A stretch of 39,331 bases of DNA from Bacilli bacterium (GTDB lineage Bacteria; Bacillota_I; Bacilli_A; RF39; UBA660): contig JAQUFX010000003.1 of the NCBI GenBank assembly GCA_028684435.1, forward strand, positions 1-39,331. Direction: 5' to 3'. Positions within the stretch are counted from its first letter, which is position 1. The number at the start of each line of letters is the position of its first letter. Below, one piece after another: positions 10,599 to 17,955 of the stretch. A model generated the notes under the pieces. It worked only from the letters and a program-made list of their open reading frames with translations. It was not told where the DNA came from and searched no databases. A program made the position numbers and the translations under genes.

Positions 10599-11000
10599 TT
10601 AACTATAAGCTCCCCAAGTACCAACTACAGCAGCAGAAGTTGTGTTACCTTTCCAAATGATTTTGCAATCTCTACCGGTAGTAACACCTTGCCAAAACGA
10701 ATAATAGATGGTACTTGAAGAATTAACAGTAAACGTATGGTTAATTGCTGATCCGTAAGATCCGCTAGCACTCTTCATTTGAAGACCGGCTTTAATTTGT
10801 GCTCCACCTATAGTATATTGAGTTGGTTTTACGTAACCTGTAACTGTTGTGCTAGCAGTTGTAAGTTCACCAATATAAGATTTTAAGTAATCAACTCTTA
10901 TATTAGCAAGAGATCTAAATGAACTTGCGAAAGCGAATACAATTAAAGTCCCAACAAAACAAGCAGCTAAAATAGAAATGTATGAAAGCAATTTTTTCAT
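10599..11000 (-). CDS. small secreted or membrane-anchored Gly/Ser/Thr/Tyr/Trp-rich protein of unknown family
   Basis: 133 aa. N-terminal hydrophobic signal (LSYISILAACFVGTLIVFAFA). Mature part has few charged residues (only about a dozen in roughly 100 aa) and looks beta-rich. Good RBS GAAGGA 7 nt upstream. Confidence 0.65.
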   Translation of the reverse strand: MKKLLSYISILAACFVGTLIVFAFASSFRSLANIRVDYLKSYIGELTTASTTVTGYVKPTQYTIGGAQIKAGLQMKSASGSYGSAINHTFTVNSSSTIYYSFWQGVTTGRDCKIIWKGNTTSAAVVGTWGAYS

Positions 11001-11103
11001 CGATGATTCCTTCTTTCTATAAAATATTTATATTAAACTAATTTTAATAGTTTATTACCTAAAATAATAATTTAAACACATAAAAATGCAGTATCGCAGT
11101 CAG

Positions 11104-11137
11104 ATAACCAAAAAAATATCAAAGATTTTTTGGTTAT
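11104..11137 (-). terminator. hairpin between the ABC permease gene and the small-protein gene
   Basis: 12-bp perfect stem ATAACCAAAAAA/TTTTTTGGTTAT with a 10-nt loop, about 100 nt downstream of the permease stop. No clean U-tail beyond the stem. Confidence 0.45.
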
Positions 11138-11237
11138 TTGATGAAAGATACTACATATTCATCACAAAAATATAATTATTAGTAATATAAAGTATGGATA
11201 TTGATAATAGAACAAATGGATTATACAAATCTTTATT

Positions 11238-12353
11238 TTATTCATTTTTAATGTATTTATTAATTTTAAATTGATAGAAAAACGAGAATAATAACATGGT
11301 GAACATTACCACTAAATATAGTCTAAATAATATATCAATGTCGAGCACTATTAAATTAATGTTATAAATAGTATTAAGTAAAATATTTAGCCCAATAGTA
11401 AACAATGTAGATATTATAATAACTATTAAAGTTAACATAATTAAATTAACAAGTAGGTTCTTTTTTATTTGGTTTATATTATACCCGAGTAATCTACTTA
11501 TTTTAATAGTCTTTTTTTCATCATATAAAATGTTTTTAATAACTATTAATAAAATGATAAATAAAACCACTAATATTGAATAAGCAAATTTATTTAATGT
11601 ATCTACCATATTAGAATACTTATTTATACTATCAAAATCACTTCCTATTGTAGTAAAAATGGTATTAACATCATTTATATTTCTTAATTTTGATTCAATG
11701 GGATATATATCATTATGATCTTGTATTTTTACATCATATATATATAAATCATTATTCTTTAATTCATTAAACATCTTATCTGAAATAGTCATTTCCGAAA
11801 AATTAGTATAATAAAATTCAGATACAATAAATTCTATTTTATTATCATTATCTAAAAAGCTTATTTTTTTGCCGACTAGTTTATCCATAAAATTCTTATA
11901 ATCATTTTTTAGATTTGGTGCTATAGAAATAGCAATTTGGTTATCTTTTAATTTTACTTCATCTCGCATAGAATTAGGATATATTATTATGTTGTCATAA
12001 TTTATATATTTGAAGTCGTTCCAGGTAAAATTATTTTTAATAATTCCATATATATTTGTTGATAGGTCATAACCCTCATATGAATTATCTTTTAAAGGTT
12101 CGCATTCGCTATTAGGAGTAAGAGATAATACTCGTGAAACATAACTAAGAGCTTTAAATTCTTTTAAAATATCATAATAATCATTTTTACTAATAACTAA
12201 ATATACAGATTTATTATATATTTCTTTATTGATTTCATTTAAACAGTATTTTGTAAAAGAAAATAATATAATAATAGTAATTAGTAATATACTTAGAATA
12301 GCACAATATACTTTCGTGCTTTTTTTTCTAAAAAAACCCTTTAATGCTAACAT
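11238..12353 (-). CDS. FtsX-family (MacB-type) ABC transporter permease, second half-permease
   Basis: 371 aa. TM1, a roughly 220-aa extracytoplasmic domain, then three C-terminal TM helices with an FtsX linker (KISRLLGYNINQIKKN). Start is 3 nt after the upstream stop, behind GGGGAG. Confidence 0.75.
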   Translation of the reverse strand: MLALKGFFRKKSTKVYCAILSILLITIIILFSFTKYCLNEINKEIYNKSVYLVISKNDYYDILKEFKALSYVSRVLSLTPNSECEPLKDNSYEGYDLSTNIYGIIKNNFTWNDFKYINYDNIIIYPNSMRDEVKLKDNQIAISIAPNLKNDYKNFMDKLVGKKISFLDNDNKIEFIVSEFYYTNFSEMTISDKMFNELKNNDLYIYDVKIQDHNDIYPIESKLRNINDVNTIFTTIGSDFDSINKYSNMVDTLNKFAYSILVVLFIILLIVIKNILYDEKKTIKISRLLGYNINQIKKNLLVNLIMLTLIVIIISTLFTIGLNILLNTIYNINLIVLDIDILFRLYLVVMFTMLLFSFFYQFKINKYIKNE

Positions 12354-12356
12354 AAT

Positions 12357-13591
12357 CTACTCCCCACTTTTTAATAATGAAATAATATTTGAGTCTATGT
12401 ATTTTATTAAAAAATATAAACTAATAATAAATATAATACCAGCAACCATTAAAAATGATATTAAGAATATATAAGCATTAATATGTATTGTTATACCACT
12501 ATAAATTAATGAAGCCAAAATTGTATTTTTAAGAATAAAATATATTAGAAAAAATAAGATTATCCCAATTAAATATGTAAACATTATTATAAATGTTGAT
12601 TCTAATATATAGATATTTTTTATATCCTTTTTATCATATCCTATGGCTCTCATTATGCCTAAAATATGTATTTCGTTCATAAACTTTTTTTTAATATATG
12701 ATATAGTAAGTATTACATTGCAAATATTATTATAGTAGAAATAGAAACGCAAGAAATCATAATCATATTAATAAAACTAAGATTAATGAAATTTTTAGTT
12801 TCTGTATCAGTATAACCAATGTTTGCTAGTTCTTCTTTTACATATCCGATATTGTCCAAATCATTTATTACTACTAAATACGAACTTACATATTCATTAA
12901 TATTTTTGGGAATAGTTGTTTCTAATATTTCTTTTATATCTGAAACCTGAATATAACATTGATTTTTATTATTCATAACAACTTTACTATCGTATAGTCC
13001 AACTATTTTAAATTTTTTTTCAAATTTTTGCTCTTGAATTAAATTGGTGTCTTCAAATCTATAAGAATAATACTCTACGGAAAATTCTTTATCTAATATA
13101 TCGTGCCCGTCAATTATAAAATCTTTATTAATAAACAAATCGGAAGCTAGGTCATCTGGGAAAAAATTTATTGGACATATAGCTACGTTTTTTTCATTAT
13201 CTTTAATTGATCTGCCGATAATATTACTTGGTAACATAGATTTTGCACCATATGTTAATTCCACTACACCAGATAAATTATCATTCTTGAAATCTGATGA
13301 AATGACCGTAATCGAGTGATATTCTGAACTATATACATCAACAACGTGGTTAATATTTAGTATTTTATTTGAAATTTCATCATTTAAGTTTTCATTAGCT
13401 GTAACATTTAATGTTCTAAATCCTATATTTTTATTTATAAGATTCTCCGTGAAAGAATTATAATTAAAATAAAAGGTTAGAGTAGTAATAATTAATATAT
13501 TACATAGGATTATTATTGAATAAAAGAAAACGAGATTTTTATTCCTTATTGTTTTCAATAATATTATTTTTAATAAATCTTTTATATTCAT
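12357..13591 (-). pseudogene. FtsX-family ABC permease with an interrupted reading frame (ORFs 12713..13591 and 12357..12752)
   Basis: The 292-aa ORF supplies TM1, the extracytoplasmic domain and the start of TM2 (ISCVSISTIIIFAM*). The overlapping ORF in another frame continues with VILTISYIKKKFMNEIHILGIMRAIGYDKKDI plus TM3 and TM4. One missing base within 12713-12752 would restore a protein of about 405 aa. Confidence 0.7.
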
Positions 13592-14286
13592 TGTTCTTCA
13601 CCAATGAATTCACCATTTTCCATCGTTAGGATTATATCTGCATACTTGTTTACTTCATCACTATGACTTACAACGATAACACATTTATCATTTTTTGCTA
13701 GTTCTTGTAATTTTTCAAAAACTATTTTTTCATTTAATTTATCTAAATTACCAGTTGGCTCATCAGCAAGAATAATACTTGGATCATTTGCTAGTGCTCT
13801 AGCTATAGCAACCCTTTGCTGCTCCCCACCAGAAAGTTCATTCGGAAAATGATTAAATCTATCACTTAAACCTACAATGTCTAATAATTCTTGGGCTTTT
13901 TCGTTTCTTTTAGATTTATCTATATCCTTATTTATTATCATTGGAATTATTACGTTTTCAAATGCTTTTAAGTAATCATTTAAGTGAAAATCTTGAAATA
14001 TAAAACCTATATTTTTCATTCTTAATTTGGATAATTCTTTATCGGACAATACTGTAATGTCGTTATTTAATAAATGATAGGTACCGTTATCAAAATTATC
14101 TATTAAACCTAATATATTTATCAAAGTAGATTTACCACTACCACTTTGTCCTTTAATAGCATAAAAGTTACCTTTTCTAAATTCTAAATTCACATTTGTT
14201 AATGCAACAATTTTTTTCATTTTTTTGTAATACTTTTTTTCAATTCTTTCTAAACTAATTACTACTTCACTTTTTATATTTTCCAT
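13588..14286 (-). CDS. ABC transporter ATP-binding protein (MacB/LolD/FtsE-like)
   Basis: Walker A GQSGSGKST, signature LSGGEQQRVAIARAL, Walker B ILADEPTGNLD, H-loop SH. ATGA overlap with the permease gene. Confidence 0.93.
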   Translation of the reverse strand: MENIKSEVVISLERIEKKYYKKMKKIVALTNVNLEFRKGNFYAIKGQSGSGKSTLINILGLIDNFDNGTYHLLNNDITVLSDKELSKLRMKNIGFIFQDFHLNDYLKAFENVIIPMIINKDIDKSKRNEKAQELLDIVGLSDRFNHFPNELSGGEQQRVAIARALANDPSIILADEPTGNLDKLNEKIVFEKLQELAKNDKCVIVVSHSDEVNKYADIILTMENGEFIGEEQ

Positions 14287-14324
14287 CTTTTACCCCTATA
14301 AACTAACCTAATCGTATTATTCTA

Positions 14325-14366
14325 CAAAAAAAGCAGCAAAAATACTAAAGTATTAAATAACTGCTT
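14325..14366 (-). terminator. terminator-like hairpin in the leader, 40 nt upstream of the ABC ATPase start
   Basis: On the minus strand: AAGCAG-ttattt-AATACT-tt-AGTATT-tttg-CTGCTT followed by TTTTTTT. The RBS AGGGGTAAAAG and the ATG follow. Confidence 0.5.
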
Positions 14367-14744
14367 AACCTATTAAAATTAATATAACATAAAAATGTAA
14401 AAAAGTACAAATATATTTTAACTGTTAATTTAAATTTGAAGTGAAACAAAAAATAAAAAAAAGATATTTATTTTGATGAGCAATTATTTTAGAAAAACAT
14501 TAAAAACGGAATACTCCTAGTGAAATGTTCCATCAAGAATAATTACTAATTTAATTATATTTTATATTTCTTAATTGTTGTACTTGACTTTTTAATTCTT
14601 AAAATAAATTTTACCGTTTTAAGTAATTGGTTTATTTTTTAATAAACTGTTATATCAAAAAATATCGTGTTTAAGAAAATTTAATAAAATATAGTATATA
14701 TAAAAGACTCAAAACACCAGTTTTTTAACGTATTCTCAAATGCT

Positions 14745-14773
14745 TTTGTCATCAGTCTGAAAGCTATTTTAAA
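14745..14773. repeat. inverted-repeat copy A (TTTGTCATCAGTCTGAAAGCTATTTTAAA)
   Basis: Pairs with 10334-10362. Overlaps the last codons and stop of the alaS-like gene and its 22-nt perfect palindrome at 14760-14781. Confidence 0.85.
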
Positions 14774-16512
14774 ATAGCTTTAATTCTTCTAATCCCTGCC
14801 GAAGATGCTTCTTCTTTAATAATTTTAAAATTACCTAATTCTTTAGTATTTTTAACATGTGGTCCTCCGCATAATTCTTTAGATATCTCACCAATAAAAT
14901 AAACATTAACTAAATTTGGATATTTATCAATAAACATACATTCAGCTCCAATTTTTAACGCTTCATCCTTATTCATTTCATTTACAGTGACATCTACTTC
15001 ATCTTTAATCCACTTATTGACTAAATCTTCAATATTATGCAATTCTTCATTGCTTAATTTATGATCACAATTAAAATCAAATCTTAATCTTTCTTCAGTA
15101 ATATTAGATCCTTTTTGATGAATATCTTTATTAACAACAGCTTTTAAAGCTGCATTTAATAAATGAGTTGCAGTATGGTATTTAGTTTCTATTTCGCCAT
15201 TAGACCCCATACCACCTTTAAATTTTCCTATTGCTCCAATTCTTGATTTTTCTTGATGCTCTTTAAATTTAATTTTAAAACTTTCTGTATCTACAATTAA
15301 ACCTTTTTCTTTAGCTACTTCTTCAGTTAATTCAATAGGAAATCCGTATGTATCATATAGTTTAAAGGCATCTTTTCCTTCAATTATCCCATTAGAAAAT
15401 TTAAGCACTTTAGAAAATTCTTTTAAACCTTTTTCTAAAGTTTTATTAAATCTTTCTTTTTCTTTTTTTAATTCATCTAATATATTGTTTTTATTTTCAC
15501 TAAGTTCACTATAATATTTAGAATATTTATTGATAATCAGATTAGCAATTAATTCTTCCCAATTACTATTAATATCAATATTTAGTATTTTAACATGCCT
15601 TATCGCTCTTCTTATTAATCTTCTTAATATATAACCTTGATCAGTATTTGTAGGTTTAATTCCAGCATTATCAGCAAGAATAAAGACTGAAGTTCTGATA
15701 TGATCAGCAATTATGCGCATTGATTTTTCATTACCTTTATAAGGTAAATTAGATATTTCACTAATTTTATCAATTATATCTTTCCAAACTGATGATGTAT
15801 AATTATCATCTTTTCCTTCAAGAATTGCAACTACTCTTTCATAACCCATGCCAGTATCAACATTTTTATTAGATAGTTCAGTGAATGTTCCATCTTTATT
15901 TTTATTATATTCCATAAAAACATTATTCCAAATTTCTACCCATCTATCATCTTTAGGATCAAACTTTTTAGGAATTTCATCATTGCTCCGAAAATAAAAA
16001 ATTTCCGTATCTCCTCCACAAGGACCATATTCACCAGCAATCCAAAAGTTATCATCCATTCCTAAATAAACAATTCGATCTTTACTTATTCCTAAATCTA
16101 GCCAATAATTAGCGCTTACTTCATCTCTAGGTATATTTTTATTCCCTTCAAAAACTGATATTGCTAATTTTTGAGCAGGTATTTCTAATACTTTAGTTAA
16201 AAATTCAAAACTAAAAGCTATTGATTCTTTTTTAAAATAATCACCTAATGACCAGTTACCTAACATTTCAAAAAATGTATGATGAGTTTTATCTCCAATA
16301 GAATCTAAATCGTTAGTTCTAACACATTTTTGATAATTAACCAGTCTAGTACCATAAGGGTGCTTTTTGCCTATTAAATATGGTATTAAAGGTTGCATAC
16401 CTGCAGTATTAAATAAAACACTGGCATCATTTTCAGGTACTATTGGAGCTGATGGAATAAATTTATGTTCTTTATTTATAAAATAATTAATATATAAATC
16501 TCTTAAATTCAT
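14764..16512 (-). CDS. alaS: alanine--tRNA ligase, short form lacking the C-Ala domain
   Basis: 582 aa. AlaRS N-terminus (FNTAGMQP, KCVRTNDLD, HHTFFEMLGNWS, DTGMGYERV). Editing-site zinc motifs HTATHLL and CGGPHV. The ORF ends about 30 aa after CGGPHV. Confidence 0.88.
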   Translation of the reverse strand: MNLRDLYINYFINKEHKFIPSAPIVPENDASVLFNTAGMQPLIPYLIGKKHPYGTRLVNYQKCVRTNDLDSIGDKTHHTFFEMLGNWSLGDYFKKESIAFSFEFLTKVLEIPAQKLAISVFEGNKNIPRDEVSANYWLDLGISKDRIVYLGMDDNFWIAGEYGPCGGDTEIFYFRSNDEIPKKFDPKDDRWVEIWNNVFMEYNKNKDGTFTELSNKNVDTGMGYERVVAILEGKDDNYTSSVWKDIIDKISEISNLPYKGNEKSMRIIADHIRTSVFILADNAGIKPTNTDQGYILRRLIRRAIRHVKILNIDINSNWEELIANLIINKYSKYYSELSENKNNILDELKKEKERFNKTLEKGLKEFSKVLKFSNGIIEGKDAFKLYDTYGFPIELTEEVAKEKGLIVDTESFKIKFKEHQEKSRIGAIGKFKGGMGSNGEIETKYHTATHLLNAALKAVVNKDIHQKGSNITEERLRFDFNCDHKLSNEELHNIEDLVNKWIKDEVDVTVNEMNKDEALKIGAECMFIDKYPNLVNVYFIGEISKELCGGPHVKNTKELGNFKIIKEEASSAGIRRIKAILK

Positions 16513-16547
16513 ATATTCACTTCCTTACTTAAAAAAGTATAACATCA

Positions 16548-16573
16548 AAACCACTATTTTTAAATAGTGGTTT
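16548..16573 (-). terminator. intrinsic terminator after the dCMP deaminase relic
   Basis: 12-bp perfect inverted repeat AAACCACTATTT/AAATAGTGGTTT. A T-run follows on the minus strand. The stem overlaps the stop codon. Confidence 0.7.
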
Positions 16574-17075
16574 ATAATATAAATTTTTTTATTTCTTTTC
16601 TTACTTCATTAGTAATTTCTCGATATTTAATATTACATTTATCAAACATTAATTTAGATGCTATTACTTCATCAGTATTAGCATATTTATCACAATCATA
16701 TATTACTTCTTTTATACCAGTTTGAATTATTTCTTTAGCACATTCATTGCAAGGAAATAATGATGTATATAACTTTGATCCTTCCAAATCTTTTTTATTA
16801 CCACGATAATTTAAAATAGCATTACGTTCTGCATGAATAACATAAAGGTATTTAGTTTCTAAACTTTTGCCTTCTTTACTCCATGGAAATTCTGAATCTA
16901 AAAATCCGTTCGGAGTTCCATTATATCCTAGTGGTAAAATACGATTATCAATTTCTACTATACATGCTCCAACTTGAGTAGAAGGTCTTTACTTCTTTTT
17001 TCAATTACCAATGCCATTATCATAAAAGTAGCATCCCAAGATAAATAATTTTTTTCTTTGTAAATTACACTTCAT
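16572..17075 (-). pseudogene. comEB: dCMP deaminase (ComEB-like) with two frameshifts
   Basis: Three frames together spell MKCNLQRK / NYLSWDATFMIMALVIEKRSKD / PSTQVGACIVEIDNRILPLGYNGTPNG...VIHAERNAI...LYTSLFPCNECAK. That includes the full HAE and PCxxC zinc motifs. Frame breaks lie at the A7 run (17049-17055) and at 16984-16985. Confidence 0.8.
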
Positions 17076-17094
17076 AAAAAACCTCCAAATAAAT

Positions 17095-17820
17095 TTAAGC
17101 TGTTATTGAATCTAAAAATTTTTTACTTTTTAGATATAAACCAGTATATCTTTCATAATATATATTGATAAAATCATTTATATTATTAATAACTTTTTCA
17201 CTTATTTTTAAATCACTAATAGAAGATATATCCACTAAATAATACATTCTTAACATTTTAATCGTTTTTTCATCAAAACGCTTTTCATTATTATAACAAT
17301 TCTTACAAATATAACCACCTTCATCAAGATTAATAGTAATAATATTTTTAGTATTGCCGCATTTAGTGCAAGTATTAAAGTTAATTCCAACTCCTAAATA
17401 ATCAAGTGCTTTTAATTCAACAATATTACATATTATTTTTGCATTTAAACCATCATTTATTTTTAAGATGGCATTTATATAGATATTATATAAATCTTCA
17501 TCATAATTTTGTTTCATTACTTGATAAGTTAAATCTGATATATATGACAAATAACCAATTAATTCAATATTAGTTTTTATGTTAATTAAATCATTAATAA
17601 TATCAACTGATTTTAAAATAGATAATTTGTTTTCTTTATAATAAAGATAAAATTTACCATAAGTAAATTTTTGGGTATAACTTCTTAAGGGACTTTTTAA
17701 AGATTTTGATCCTTTAGCCATTACTCCAACTATACCATTTTTAGTTAATATATTTATTATTTTACTAGTTTCTCCATAATTTATTTCACTAATTATAATA
17801 CCTTCTATTTCTTTAAGCAT
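17095..17820 (-). CDS. recO: DNA repair protein RecO
   Basis: 241 aa. N-terminal OB fold (GIIISEINYGETSKII) and zinc finger CTKCGN...CKNC. Conserved era-yqzL-recO neighbourhood. Confidence 0.9.
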   Translation of the reverse strand: MLKEIEGIIISEINYGETSKIINILTKNGIVGVMAKGSKSLKSPLRSYTQKFTYGKFYLYYKENKLSILKSVDIINDLINIKTNIELIGYLSYISDLTYQVMKQNYDEDLYNIYINAILKINDGLNAKIICNIVELKALDYLGVGINFNTCTKCGNTKNIITINLDEGGYICKNCYNNEKRFDEKTIKMLRMYYLVDISSISDLKISEKVINNINDFINIYYERYTGLYLKSKKFLDSITA

Positions 17821-17904
17821 TTATTTTTCACTTCTCTTATATTTTAAATAATATTCTATTTTCCCAGTCTTTTTAAACATTTCCCAAGCTTCTTTTTTAT
17901 TCAT
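17821..17904 (-). CDS. YqzL-like small protein (27 aa)
   Basis: Not in the ORF track. Translates to MNKKEAWEMFKKTGKIEYYLKYKRSEK, which resembles the Bacillus YqzL W..F..TG.I..YL motif. RBS GGGAGA. The stop abuts the recO start. Confidence 0.6.
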   Translation of the reverse strand: MNKKEAWEMFKKTGKIEYYLKYKRSEK

Positions 17905-17948
17905 AAATTTCTCCCAATACCTTTCTATTTATATATTGGGAGAAATTT
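17905..17948 (-). promoter_or_regulatory. 15-bp perfect hairpin sequestering the yqzL Shine-Dalgarno sequence
   Basis: AAATTTCTCCCAATA (17905-17919) pairs with TATTGGGAGAAATTT (17934-17948) across a 14-nt loop. The 3' arm in the mRNA contains GGGAGA and ends at the ATG. Confidence 0.55.
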
Positions 17949-17955
17949 TTAATAT

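Noticed and set aside
10599-11000. Firm assignment of the small secreted protein to the lactococcin 972 family
   Set aside because: The resemblance rests on two short motifs recalled from memory, and their spacing differs. Without a profile search this stays a hypothesis, so the feature is called unknown family.
10363-14744. Autonomous transposon, prophage or integrative element interpretation of the cassette
   Set aside because: No transposase, integrase, recombinase or phage gene is present between or next to the inverted repeats. Only a non-autonomous or relic scenario can be argued.
14704-14757. 23-codon ORF (MTKAFENTLKNWCFESFIYTIFY) starting inside inverted-repeat copy A
   Set aside because: It has no Shine-Dalgarno sequence. 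An open stretch of this length is expected by chance fairly often in this composition, at roughly one in ten by a rough estimate. The equivalent ATG in repeat copy B is followed by a stop after 3 codons.
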